Source of the DNA: Chloroflexota bacterium
GTDB taxonomy: Bacteria; Chloroflexota; Dehalococcoidia; Bin125
NCBI GenBank assembly: GCA_028875225.1
Contig: JAPPFB010000018.1
Location: 2,237-66,236, forward strand
Length of the DNA stretch: 64,000 nucleotides
Direction: 5' to 3'
Position numbers and translations under genes: made by a program
The notes under the pieces: model-generated
Database searches by the model: none
What the model was told of the DNA's origin: nothing
Seen by the model: the letters and a program-made list of their open reading frames with translations, nothing else
Part shown: in pieces, positions 30,051-39,821 of the stretch
How positions within the stretch are numbered: the stretch's first letter is position 1
Layout of the letters: every line of letters starts with the position of its first letter

Positions 30051-31385
30051 TCAGCGGCTGGCGCCGACCGGCGGAGTGTCGACCAGCGTGCCATCGGCAA
30101 TGAATCCGTCGATCTCTTCGCCCGAGAATCCGAGCTCTTCGCAGATTTCCCGGTTGTCTCCGCCCAGAAGCGGCGCCGGACGCATCTGCGCCGGTCCCCA
30201 GTCGCTGAAGTGGATCGGGAAGCCGCCGTACTCGTAGACGCCGACGCCGGGCTGATCCCACTCAACGATGAATCCCCGCTCGCGCAGATGCTCGGACTGG
30301 ACCAGGTCGCCATTGGTCATCACCGGCAAGGCGGTAACGTCTTCCGCTTGCAGTTGCTCCGTCAGGACGAACCGGTCCTGGTCGCGAGTCCATTCGCCGA
30401 TCAGGTCGTCAAGCTCGTCGTGATGCTCGAAGCGACCCTCCAGCGTCTCGAATCGTCGATCGTCGAATCGCTCGTCCGTGACGACCTCTCGGAATCTCAA
30501 CCAGGCCGCGTCATCTTCAATCGTGATGGCGATCCACATGTCCATCGACTCGCGTGCGTCCGGACGCTCGTCGCGGCAGCGGTAGACGCCCTGCGGTGCG
30601 GAGCTTCTGGATCGATTCCCGCGCCTCGGAGCCTGTCCCTTCACTGAGGTCTCGAGGATCAGGTCGCCGGCGACCGCAGCATTGGTTTGCAGCTGCGACA
30701 GGTCAACGAAACTGCCGCGACCGGTTTCCTCGCGTTCCCAGAGTGCCGCCAACACGGCGAACGCGCCATGTAGCCCGCCGATCGGGTCGGGGAATGCGTG
30801 ACCCATCTTCATCGGTCCGTCCCCGACGTAACCGGTTGCCGATGCTGTGCCGGCATGCGCTTCGAGCACCGGTCCATAGGAGACTCGCTGCCGAAACGGC
30901 CCGGTGTGGCCGTAACCCGTGCAGGACACCGAAATGAGTCGTGGATTCCACTGTCTGACCGTCTCGTAGTCGATGCCCAGGCTCTTGGCTCCGCGAGGAC
31001 TGAAGTTGTCGACGATCACATCCGACGTTTCCACCAACCGCCGCCAGATGCGCTTGCCGGAGGCGGTCTTCAGATCGGCGCAGAGGCCGCGCTTGTTCCG
31101 GTTGTGCTTGTTGAAGATGCCGGCCCGATTCCACGGCTCCGGCTCGGGCTCGCCCTCGGGAAAGACCGAAGCGCGCAACGTCGGCTCCACTGCTTCGCCG
31201 CGCCGCCAATCGTCAAGCGCGGCGCGCAGCGACGGATCGTCCGGCAGCCGTCCGCCGCGCGCGTTGTCCTGCTCGACTTTGATCACGTCCGCGCCCAGAT
31301 CGCCGAGCGTCCGGCCGACCAGCGGTCCCGCCCAGGCGTAGCCGAACTCGACCACACGGACGCCCGACATCATTCCTTCAGTCAT
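30051..31385 (-). CDS. Family III CoA-transferase (CaiB/BaiF-like)
   Basis: 444 aa. VRVVEFGYAWAGPLVGRTLGDLGADVIKVEQ. Start overlaps the upstream paralog stop. Confidence 0.85.
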   Translation of the reverse strand: MTEGMMSGVRVVEFGYAWAGPLVGRTLGDLGADVIKVEQDNARGGRLPDDPSLRAALDDWRRGEAVEPTLRASVFPEGEPEPEPWNRAGIFNKHNRNKRGLCADLKTASGKRIWRRLVETSDVIVDNFSPRGAKSLGIDYETVRQWNPRLISVSCTGYGHTGPFRQRVSYGPVLEAHAGTASATGYVGDGPMKMGHAFPDPIGGLHGAFAVLAALWEREETGRGSFVDLSQLQTNAAVAGDLILETSVKGQAPRRGNRSRSSAPQGVYRCRDERPDARESMDMWIAITIEDDAAWLRFREVVTDERFDDRRFETLEGRFEHHDELDDLIGEWTRDQDRFVLTEQLQAEDVTALPVMTNGDLVQSEHLRERGFIVEWDQPGVGVYEYGGFPIHFSDWGPAQMRPAPLLGGDNREICEELGFSGEEIDGFIADGTLVDTPPVGASR

Positions 31386-32592
31386 CGCTCTCTTGCCCCA
31401 ATCCGATCACCCCCGACGCGGACAACGACTCGATCTCAGCGGGTCGGAGTCCCGCCTCGTCGAGCGCGGCCGCCGTATCCGCCCCGATGTCTGGTGCGGC
31501 GCTGAAACTCTCCGGCGACGAGGGCAGGACGAACGGCACGCCGGGCATCTTGACGCCAACGCCCAACGGTTCTGGATACGCCCAGAAGGCGCGCGCCTGC
31601 AACTGCGGGTCTTCGAGCACTTCGTCCATCGACAACACGGCGCTCGCGGGCACGTGGAACCCCTGCAGATGCTCGACCACCTCATTCCGGGTGCGAGCCA
31701 TCAGAAACTGCGCGAATCGGCCGTCGATCTCCTCGGCCACGTCGAATCGCAGTCCGGCGGTGGCGAATCGCGGATCGTCCGCCATCTCCGGTAGGTCGAG
31801 CGCGACGCAGAGATTCACCCACTGCGCCTGCGTCGGCGCGGCGATGCAGACCCAGCCGTCGCGCACTGCCATGAGCGAGACCGGATGATGCGCCTCGGCG
31901 TGGCGGTTGTTGGCTCGATGCTTGATCCGGCCCTGGTGGGACCACATGACCAGGCTCCACTGGTGGGCTGAGGCCATTACCTCCATCGCTCCCACATCGA
32001 CCAGCTGTCCCCTTCCGGTAGCTCGTCGAGCGTGGAGCGCGGCCATCGCGCCGATCGCCGATGCGATGCCCGCGACATAGGAGGCCCATGGTCCGGCGCC
32101 CTGGAGCGGCTCGCGCAGTGGGTCGCCGGTGATGTAGAGGTAACCGCTCGCGGCCCAGTCTGTGAGATCCGACGATCGCCAGCCGGCCCAGGGTCCGGTC
32201 AGCCCGTATGACGACGCCGCCACATGAACCAGAGACGGTCGCGCCGCTCGCGCCCGGCGATCGAAGTCCAGCGCCCGATCAGCGGGAAGAGTCGTGATCA
32301 CCACGTCCGAGTGGTCGAGCAGCCTCTCCAGCGCTGTCCATCCCGTGTCGGTCGACCAGTCCAGCGCCACGCCGCGCTTCCAGGCCGAGAGATACTCGAA
32401 CGCGGCGCTGCGCGTTGGTTCCTGCGAAGTGAGCAGCGGCGGACGGGATCGCAGCGCTGATCCGGCCGTGGGCTCGACCAGCGTCACCTGAGCGCCGGCG
32501 GTGGCGAGCAGGCGCGCGGCATAGGCCCCCGACACGTGGACGCTCAGATCGAGCACACGTAGGCCCGACATACCGCCGCTCTGACCGCTCAT
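31378..32592 (-). CDS. Family III CoA-transferase (CaiB/BaiF-like)
   Basis: 404 aa. LRVLDLSVHVSGAYAARLLATAGAQVTLVEP. Confidence 0.85.
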   Translation of the reverse strand: MSGQSGGMSGLRVLDLSVHVSGAYAARLLATAGAQVTLVEPTAGSALRSRPPLLTSQEPTRSAAFEYLSAWKRGVALDWSTDTGWTALERLLDHSDVVITTLPADRALDFDRRARAARPSLVHVAASSYGLTGPWAGWRSSDLTDWAASGYLYITGDPLREPLQGAGPWASYVAGIASAIGAMAALHARRATGRGQLVDVGAMEVMASAHQWSLVMWSHQGRIKHRANNRHAEAHHPVSLMAVRDGWVCIAAPTQAQWVNLCVALDLPEMADDPRFATAGLRFDVAEEIDGRFAQFLMARTRNEVVEHLQGFHVPASAVLSMDEVLEDPQLQARAFWAYPEPLGVGVKMPGVPFVLPSSPESFSAAPDIGADTAAALDEAGLRPAEIESLSASGVIGLGQESDD

Positions 32593-32595
32593 GCG

Positions 32596-33477
32596 CTATG
32601 CGCTCGCCACTGGTACGACACCCTCATAGATGCCTGGTTTCCAATCGCCTTGCAAATCGAGGGCCTGATCGATCATCACGGGCGCGAGCTCCTTCGCCGA
32701 AGCGTAGAGCTCCTCCACGTCACCGAACGAACCGAACGACACGGCCCGTAACCCCGGTCGCCAGACCACCGTCGGCACGATCGATCCGAATTGGTCGATC
32801 TCCGCCTTCGTTCGCTCCTGCACCGCGATCTCCATCGAGCGCGCCAACAGATCCACCAGACCGCGGGGCTGATACGGCGAGGGATGGACGCCCAGATCGA
32901 CGGCCAGCGTATGCGTCGCTCCCTGGAGGATCGCCGTCTCGAGGTCGAGTCCCGATGACAGTCCGCCGTCAACGCACCAGTCGCCCTCGAGACGGACCGG
33001 AGGGAATAGCCCCGGCAGCGCAATCGACGCCATCACCGAGGACAACAACTGTCCCCTGGACATCACTCGCTTGCGGCCGCTCGAGAGACTGGTCGTGACG
33101 ATATGCAAGGGGATCTCCGCCGCAGCGATCTCGTCGATCGTCACATGTCGCTTGAACAGTTCTCGCAAGAACCGGTTCGAGTAGACCGACGTGCCCCGGG
33201 TCAACAGGTTCCGCGTGATTCGCAGCAGGTTGCGGTGCCATAGCCGGGTGTCCCGCAGCGCAATCCAGAGGTCGGCCAGCCCCTCGATGTTGTCGGGGTG
33301 AAAGGCCAGAAACGCTCCGTTGACCGCGCCGACCGAAGATCCCACGATCATGTCGGGTCGGACCCCGCGGCGGATCAGCTCCTCCAGGAACGGCACTTGC
33401 ACGATCCCGGACGCACCGCCGCCGCTCAGCACGAGCGCCAGCCGCCGCTCTTCGAATCCCCGCAAGCTCAGCGTCAT
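32596..33477 (-). CDS. Patatin-like phospholipase
   Basis: Track ORF starts with TTG at 33537. An in-frame ATG (MTLSLRG) with AGGAGG RBS is more convincing. LVLSGGGASG oxyanion and GSSVGA nucleophile motifs. Confidence 0.75.
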   Translation of the reverse strand: MTLSLRGFEERRLALVLSGGGASGIVQVPFLEELIRRGVRPDMIVGSSVGAVNGAFLAFHPDNIEGLADLWIALRDTRLWHRNLLRITRNLLTRGTSVYSNRFLRELFKRHVTIDEIAAAEIPLHIVTTSLSSGRKRVMSRGQLLSSVMASIALPGLFPPVRLEGDWCVDGGLSSGLDLETAILQGATHTLAVDLGVHPSPYQPRGLVDLLARSMEIAVQERTKAEIDQFGSIVPTVVWRPGLRAVSFGSFGDVEELYASAKELAPVMIDQALDLQGDWKPGIYEGVVPVASA

Positions 33478-33596
33478 CGGAACTGCTTGCCGCCCTCCTT
33501 CTCCGCACTCTCGCACAACACGTTCCGACAACGCCAACCGTCATGCCCGAGAGACGCCCGGGCACGAGAGTCAGTGTTGGGGAATTGAGCCCTGGT

Positions 33597-34031
33597 TCAG
33601 GCCTGCGGCCGCCGATCGGGAACAATCTCAGTCAGGATCCCGTCGGCCGTCTTGGGGTGGAAAAAGGAGGCGGTGATCTCGTCAATCGGCCCGCCGAAGT
33701 CGATGTAGCTCAGACCACGCTCCATGAACAGCTTGGTGTCGCCAACCACGTCGGTCGAGCCGTAGCCCAGGTGATGCAGTCCGGCCCCTCGGCGCTCGAG
33801 GAACCGGCCGATGCCACTCTCATTGTCTTCCGGCAAGAGAATCTCGATCCGCGTCTCGCCGAGATTGACCTTGACGAAGAAGATCTTCGTCCGCTCGGGC
33901 GCGAAGTACCCGCCCTTCGGATACGGCGTACGCTCGGTGTCTCGCTCAAGTCCGAGCTGGTCAACGAGCACCGCCAGCGATTCCTCCAGCGAGTGCGCAA
34001 CGATGCCGACGTGATCGAGATAGGTAATCAT
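33597..34031 (-). CDS. VOC-family protein, methylmalonyl-CoA epimerase-like
   Basis: 144 aa. LDHVGIVAHSLEES N-terminus and paired beta-alpha-beta-beta-beta modules with His/Glu ligands (HHLGY). Confidence 0.65.
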   Translation of the reverse strand: MITYLDHVGIVAHSLEESLAVLVDQLGLERDTERTPYPKGGYFAPERTKIFFVKVNLGETRIEILLPEDNESGIGRFLERRGAGLHHLGYGSTDVVGDTKLFMERGLSYIDFGGPIDEITASFFHPKTADGILTEIVPDRRPQA

Positions 34032-34090
34032 GCTCGCCTCCTGGCGCTTCCCCCGGACCTGCTTGCCGTCGGCGTCAAGATAGTCGACGC

Positions 34091-35320
34091 CTACTGCAGC
34101 CGTCTCAGCGTCGGCGAGAACGTCCCGAACAGCGCCATGACGGCGAGCAGGACGACGGCAACGGCGAAGACCGCGAGCCGCACCCCAATCAACTCCGCTG
34201 CGATGCCAAGGACGAAGACGCCACCCTGCATGACCGCGAACTGCATCATCAGCACCGACATCGCCCGACCGCGGTAGGCAGGCTCGGCCTGTTCCTGGAT
34301 CAGCGCCGATGCCATCGACATCCGTCCCGACTGGCCGATACCCATCAGGATCATGATCGGCAGGCTGATCCAGATCCAGGGTGAGATTGCGATGCCCAGG
34401 GTCGCGCCGCCGAGCAGCACGCCCATCAGGATCAGCAGTTTGCCCCGCCCGCTCCGCCTTAGCGAGGCGATGATCAACGCGGCCAGGAACGCGCCGATCG
34501 CCGAGAAGGTCATGAACAGCGCCGCGAGGGCTGGACCGGCGTCGAATGCGTCCTGCACGAATCCCGGCAACAGACCCTGGAACGGCGTGCCCAGCATCGA
34601 GACGAAGAACGACAGGAACAGGATCATGCGCAGCACGCGATGCCTTGCGATGTAGCGGAATCCGTCGCTGATATCGCCCATCGCTTCGCGCAATCCGCCG
34701 CGTCCGCGACCTGCCTGCGCAGCGACCGTCGGGATCGGCAGCATCGTCAGCATGGCCAGCGCATAGCAGCCGGCCATCGCATAGAAGGTCACGCCAGCGC
34801 CGGTCGTGGCCAACAGGGCGCCGCCGATCAGCGGCGCGGCAAACTGCATGATGTTCATCGCCGCGGTGTTCAACGCGACCCCGTTCATGATCCGGTCCCT
34901 GGACACGATCTCCGAAACCATCGCCTGGCGCGCCGGCACCATCAGCGCGACCAACACCCCTTGCGAGACGGCCGAGATCAGCAGGTGCCAGAACTCGAGA
35001 ATGCCGAGGATCGCCAGCGTGCCGATCAGGAACGCATTGAGAAATCCGACGAACTGGAAGATCTGCGTGACCGATTTCTTGGGAAACCGGTCGGCCAGGA
35101 CGCCGCCATAGGGCCCAAGCAGGAACTGCACCAATCCACTCACCAGCGCGACCAGGCCGACCGCCGCGTAGGACTCGGTCAACTCGTAGACCAGAAACGT
35201 CCGGACAAACATCTGTCCGATCGCCGAGTACATCTGAGCAAGCGTCGAAACGAAGAACCAGCGAAACGGAGGCTCGCGGAACGATTCGAAGGTCCGCACC
35301 CTGCGCCCGAACAGGCGCAT
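34091..35320 (-). CDS. MFS transporter
   Basis: Track ORF 34091..35518. Its first 66 codons read through the palindromic repeat. The real start is probably MRLFGRRVRTF at about 35320. Multiple TM segments. Confidence 0.8.
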   Translation of the reverse strand: MRLFGRRVRTFESFREPPFRWFFVSTLAQMYSAIGQMFVRTFLVYELTESYAAVGLVALVSGLVQFLLGPYGGVLADRFPKKSVTQIFQFVGFLNAFLIGTLAILGILEFWHLLISAVSQGVLVALMVPARQAMVSEIVSRDRIMNGVALNTAAMNIMQFAAPLIGGALLATTGAGVTFYAMAGCYALAMLTMLPIPTVAAQAGRGRGGLREAMGDISDGFRYIARHRVLRMILFLSFFVSMLGTPFQGLLPGFVQDAFDAGPALAALFMTFSAIGAFLAALIIASLRRSGRGKLLILMGVLLGGATLGIAISPWIWISLPIMILMGIGQSGRMSMASALIQEQAEPAYRGRAMSVLMMQFAVMQGGVFVLGIAAELIGVRLAVFAVAVVLLAVMALFGTFSPTLRRLQ

Positions 35321-35339
35321 CGGCGGCTCGGACTCTTTC

Positions 35340-35384
35340 AGCGCTCCCCCTCTGGGGGAGCTGTCGCGGAGCGACTGAGGGGGC
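35340..35384. repeat. Single ~45 bp palindromic repeat unit
   Basis: AGCGCTCCCCCTCTGGGGGAGCTGTCGCGGAGCGACTGAGGGGGC immediately upstream of the MFS start. Confidence 0.8.
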
Positions 35385-35507
35385 TGTCTGTCGCCTAGTG
35401 ACGGAGCGAACTGCTCTCCGTCGTGAGATGTCACCGCTTCCAGCGAGGGAGGCTGAAGGTACGGGTGCTGTCCGGCCCGCCGGATCACGACGGAGTCGGT
35501 CGGCGGC

Positions 35508-36299
35508 CTAGCCGCCATAGTGCCAACCGGTGTAGAGCGAGGTCAGCGGTCCCTCGTCGATCGGCAGCGCGTCGCCATCGAACACCCGGCAGAGCGCCAG
35601 GATGTGTTCGCCGATGGGGATGAACTGCTGCGCCTCGGCTGCAACCCAGGCCAGTGAGTCTTCGAGCACCGGCGCGCCGCCCTCGAGGTCCGGATGATCG
35701 AGCTGCACGTAGGACACGCCGCGCATCTTGTCCGGCGCGGCAAACTCGGCCGATCGCCCTTCGATCTTGGACGGATCGCTCGGCTGCAGGAACCGCGCGG
35801 CCAGGTCCATCCCCGACTCCGGCAGCAGGCTGACGGTGAGCTGACGTGTCTCGCGCAGGTTCTTCAGCGAGGTCGCGTCGCGCTCGAACGAGACGCAGAG
35901 GATGCGCGGTTTGAACGACACCTGCATCACCCAGTCGGCGACCATCGCGTTCGGCTTGCCCTCAGGCGTGACCGTGCCAATGACATAGATGCCATAGGGC
36001 AGATGCTGGAGCGCCGAACGAATCCTCGCATCCTGTCGACGCTCGCGCGGCGTGAGCGACCGCTCCCGCGGCTGCGGCTCAAAGTCCAGGTCGATCGTCG
36101 GGGTGTCCGCTCCCAACAGCAGGTCAATCGCCGCGTTCAGCTCCAGCATGCGGGTGCCGGCAGCGTCGTCGTCGGGGTTGGCGTCGGGATGGTAGATGCG
36201 GGCCAGTCGTCGGTACCGATCGCGGATCGTGTCACGATCTGCCGTGACTCCCACGCCCAGGAGCGCTGCAGCGTCGGCCGCTGTACTGGGAATCGGCAT
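35508..36299 (-). CDS. J-domain (DnaJ-like) fused to flavin-reductase-like FMN-binding domain
   Basis: 263 aa. N-terminal IRDRYRRLARIYHPDANPDD (J-domain HPD motif). C-terminal LPYGIYVIGT...NAMVADWVMQVSFKPRILCVSFERD resembles the flavin reductase split-barrel domain. Confidence 0.6.
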   Translation of the reverse strand: MPIPSTAADAAALLGVGVTADRDTIRDRYRRLARIYHPDANPDDDAAGTRMLELNAAIDLLLGADTPTIDLDFEPQPRERSLTPRERRQDARIRSALQHLPYGIYVIGTVTPEGKPNAMVADWVMQVSFKPRILCVSFERDATSLKNLRETRQLTVSLLPESGMDLAARFLQPSDPSKIEGRSAEFAAPDKMRGVSYVQLDHPDLEGGAPVLEDSLAWVAAEAQQFIPIGEHILALCRVFDGDALPIDEGPLTSLYTGWHYGG

Positions 36300-36316
36300 C
36301 GGTTTTCCCCAATCCC

Positions 36317-38491
36317 CTATTTCAGGTGTCGATCGAAGTAGCGAGCGACCCGGCGCTCCTGGTACTCCAGGCCTGCCTGATCTCGAGGCATGTGACGCTC
36401 TTCCGGGAACATCAACAGATCGTAGTCCCGATCGGCGGCAGTGAGCGCCGTGATCAATCGCGCCGTATGCCGGAAGTGAACGTTCTCGTCGACACCGCCG
36501 TGAATCAGCAGCAGTTGACCTCGCAGCTTGTTCGCTTGCGTCAGCAACGAGCCCTCGCGATAGCCCTCCGCGTTGTTCTGCGGCGTTCCCATGTATCGCT
36601 CGGTGTAACCGGTGTCATAGCCATCCCAGTCCGACACCGGCGCGCCCGACACGCCCACCTTGAACAGGTCGGGCCGCCGCAGCATCGACATGACGGTCAT
36701 GTATCCGCCATACGACCAGCCATAGACGCCCACCCGCTCAACGTCGATCAGTCCTTCGTCTGCGAGTTGCTGCACCGCAGCCGCCTGGTCGTCGACCTCG
36801 ATGGTGCCCATCTGTCGATGCAGATGCGCCTCGAACTCAAGCCCCCGACCGGCCATGCCGCGATTGTCCAGCTTGAGCACCAGGTAGCCCTGCTGCGCCA
36901 GGTACTGGGCTCGCAGATCAACGGTCAAACCCCAGGCGTCGAGCACGGTCTGAGCATGCGGCCCGCCGTACACCGCGACCAGCATCGGATGCGGCCCCTT
37001 GCCCTCAGGCCGGTATAGGGCGCCGTACAGCGTCGTGCCGTCGGCTGCCGAGAATGTCCGCAGTTCAGGAGCGGCTAATCCCAGAGTTTCGGTGGTGGCG
37101 TCCGACTCGAACAGCGTCCGCTTCGACGCTCCCCCGGTCGCGACCAGGCTGATCTCAGGCGGCGAATTCAGCGACGAACTCGTCATCGCCAGCCACTTGC
37201 CGTCACGTGACAGGGACGCGCCGTGCAGCCCGCCGGGCTCGGATAACGTCTCAATCTCGCCGCCGCTCAGCGAAACACGTTCAACTCGACGTTCCAGCGG
37301 CGAGCCCCTCGTGCTGGTGAAGTAGACCCAGCCGGAACCCTCATCAATTCCGATCACGCCATCGACGATCCATTCGCCCTCGGTCAGGCGGCAAATCTCG
37401 GAACCGTTGATGTCCCGCACGGAGAGATGCCGAAACCCCGTCGTCTCCGACGACCAGAGAAACGACCCGTCCTTCAATCCCCGAGCGTCGTCGGCCACGT
37501 TGATCCACGGCTCCTGAAACTCGTCGATCAGCACCCGCGCGCTGTCGCCGTCGAAGGCGATCAGCTGCAGACGCCTCTGTTCGCGATCGACCCACTGTGC
37601 CAGCAACCGTTGACCGCCATCGCCGTCGGGCCACCAGGCGACTCGGACGAGATAGCCGTCCTCATCGGGCAGCGGCAGTTCCTGCGTGTCGCCAGATTCC
37701 AGCTCCACAACCCAGAGCGAAACATGTGCGTTCTCGTCGCCCGCGAACGGATAGCGATGGGTCTCGACATCCACATCGTTGCCGCCCTGGTGCACGATCG
37801 GATACGGCGCGACGTGCCGCTCATCGACGCGCAGATAGGCAATGCGCCCGTCCTTCGACCACCAGTGACCACGCAATTGGCCAAACTCCTCTTGGGCGAT
37901 GTAGTCGGGCAAACCATGGCTCAGACCATCTTCCGCCCCGGAGGTCAACTGCTTCGGCTCTGATTGACCTTCAACTGCCTGGACGAAGAGCTCACCGCCT
38001 CGCACGAACGACAGATGCGACCCATCCGGACTGAGCGTGGGAGTCAACGCGCCCTCGCTGCCCGGCAGCTCGCGCAACGCTTCGCCGTCCACAGAGACCC
38101 GGACCGTCGGTCCGGGGATCATCAACACTGGAACCTCAGACTCGCGCGCCCAGGAGTATGACGAGACGCCAAGCTCGCGAGTCCGAGTCCGCTCACGCAG
38201 CAACTCCTCCTCGCGCGACATGGGCGCGTCGGCGCCGGGCCCGGCGATCACCGAGCGGTCGTACGTCTCAATCTCAATCCGCCACAGCGACCTGACGAGG
38301 CCGCCGTCTCCGGCGTGTAGCCAGGTCACCGCCGAGCTATCGGGCGTGAACCCAATCATGCCCGGTGCGTCCATTCCCGGACGCGGATAGGTCGCAACGT
38401 CGGAGATCGTCAACCGCTCAGCCACGCAACGCGCCCAACGCATCGCGCCGAACCGCCTCAATCTCCGAGGCCGCGCTGGGCAGCGCGTCAC
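36317..38491 (-). CDS. S9-family serine peptidase (dipeptidyl-peptidase / acylaminoacyl-peptidase-like, beta-propeller + alpha/beta domain)
   Basis: 724 aa. GVYGWSYGGYM nucleophile elbow, C-terminal D and H (LLIHGGVDENVHF). The start may be the GTG at about 38425, which overlaps the pepP stop by 8 nt. Confidence 0.8.
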   Translation of the reverse strand: MTRCPARPRRLRRFGAMRWARCVAERLTISDVATYPRPGMDAPGMIGFTPDSSAVTWLHAGDGGLVRSLWRIEIETYDRSVIAGPGADAPMSREEELLRERTRTRELGVSSYSWARESEVPVLMIPGPTVRVSVDGEALRELPGSEGALTPTLSPDGSHLSFVRGGELFVQAVEGQSEPKQLTSGAEDGLSHGLPDYIAQEEFGQLRGHWWSKDGRIAYLRVDERHVAPYPIVHQGGNDVDVETHRYPFAGDENAHVSLWVVELESGDTQELPLPDEDGYLVRVAWWPDGDGGQRLLAQWVDREQRRLQLIAFDGDSARVLIDEFQEPWINVADDARGLKDGSFLWSSETTGFRHLSVRDINGSEICRLTEGEWIVDGVIGIDEGSGWVYFTSTRGSPLERRVERVSLSGGEIETLSEPGGLHGASLSRDGKWLAMTSSSLNSPPEISLVATGGASKRTLFESDATTETLGLAAPELRTFSAADGTTLYGALYRPEGKGPHPMLVAVYGGPHAQTVLDAWGLTVDLRAQYLAQQGYLVLKLDNRGMAGRGLEFEAHLHRQMGTIEVDDQAAAVQQLADEGLIDVERVGVYGWSYGGYMTVMSMLRRPDLFKVGVSGAPVSDWDGYDTGYTERYMGTPQNNAEGYREGSLLTQANKLRGQLLLIHGGVDENVHFRHTARLITALTAADRDYDLLMFPEERHMPRDQAGLEYQERRVARYFDRHLK

Positions 38492-39821
38492 TCATGACGT
38501 CGCAGCCATCCGGAGTGATCAGCACATCATCCTCAATCCGGATGCCGCCGAAATCGAGTAAGCCGTCCACGACGTCCCAGTCGACCATCTCCGCGTAGCG
38601 TTCACGCCGGACCGGATCATTCAGCAACGCCGGGACGAAGTACACGCCCGGTTCGATCGTCACGACATAACCCGGCGCCAGCGGCAAGTCCGCCCGCAGA
38701 TAGGCGAGTCCGAATCGATCCTCCGGCACGCGGCCCTCGAGATATCCGCCGCAGTCATGCGTCGAGAGTCCCAGCATGTGGCCGAGCCCATGCGAAAAGA
38801 ACAACGCATGCGCGTCTGCCGCGACGAGATCTTCGACCGATCCGCGCAGGATCCCCGCATCGACCAGGCCCTGCGCAATCGTCGCCGACGCCTGCATATG
38901 CAGCGATTTGTACTCAACGCCGGGGCCGGCGCCCGCAATCGCCTCCTGCTGGGCGGCCAGGACCACGTTGTACAGGTCGCGTTGAATTCCAGTGAACGCT
39001 GCCGAGACCGGGAACGTGCGGGTCACGTCCGAGGCATAACCTTCGATCTCCGCTCCGGCGTCGATCAGCACCAGTTCCCCATCCGACATCACCCGCTCGC
39101 CCGGCGTTCCGTGCAGGATTGCCGAATTCGGCCCAGAACCAACAATCGACCCATACGCGGTCCGAGCCCCGCCCTGGCGGAAGAACTCCGCCTCCATCTC
39201 GATCTGCAGCGCCCGCTCAGTCAATCCATTTCTTGCCAGCCGCTGCGCCGCGAGGTGGCCGGCCACTGCGGCATCCACCGCACGAGTCATACGGTCCAAC
39301 TCAACCGAATCCTTCGACCGCCGCAATTCAGCTAGCGCTCTGCCCAGACGATCCGTCGCGTCCTCATCGACGACCGCTTCGAGCGTCGACCAGGCCTTTA
39401 CGCCGTACTCCGTCGCGCGCTGTTCGATATCGCGTGAGCCGAGCAGGGCCATCCCTCGACCCCGCCGAGACTCCAACCAGCCCGACAACTCGGATCGATC
39501 AACTGATTGAGCCACGCCGGTCTGTGACGTCAGCTCCTCGGGAGAGGGTGGCGCCGACATCCAGACCAGGTCCTCGACTGAGAGCGACGGCGCGAACAGC
39601 GTCCAGCCCGCATCCGGCTCCCAGGCCAGGGCCGCGCCCGGCTCGGCCACGCCGGTCAGGTACTGGAACTCCGGATGCGCGTGGAACTCATGAAACTGAT
39701 CGGTCCCGTCGATCGGAATCGGCAGGCTGGCCGGGATCAACACCGGTCCATCGAAGTCGACGCCGGACCACTCCGACTCAACCCGACGCCGCCTGGCTCG
39801 CAGGACATCCGCATCGCTCAC
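38418..39821 (-). CDS. pepP: Xaa-Pro aminopeptidase (M24B, aminopeptidase P)
   Basis: 467 aa. HGLGHMLGLSTHD metal-ligand motif and pita-bread C-domain. 4-nt overlap with the upstream biotin carboxylase stop. Confidence 0.85.
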   Translation of the reverse strand: MSDADVLRARRRRVESEWSGVDFDGPVLIPASLPIPIDGTDQFHEFHAHPEFQYLTGVAEPGAALAWEPDAGWTLFAPSLSVEDLVWMSAPPSPEELTSQTGVAQSVDRSELSGWLESRRGRGMALLGSRDIEQRATEYGVKAWSTLEAVVDEDATDRLGRALAELRRSKDSVELDRMTRAVDAAVAGHLAAQRLARNGLTERALQIEMEAEFFRQGGARTAYGSIVGSGPNSAILHGTPGERVMSDGELVLIDAGAEIEGYASDVTRTFPVSAAFTGIQRDLYNVVLAAQQEAIAGAGPGVEYKSLHMQASATIAQGLVDAGILRGSVEDLVAADAHALFFSHGLGHMLGLSTHDCGGYLEGRVPEDRFGLAYLRADLPLAPGYVVTIEPGVYFVPALLNDPVRRERYAEMVDWDVVDGLLDFGGIRIEDDVLITPDGCDVMSDALPSAASEIEAVRRDALGALRG

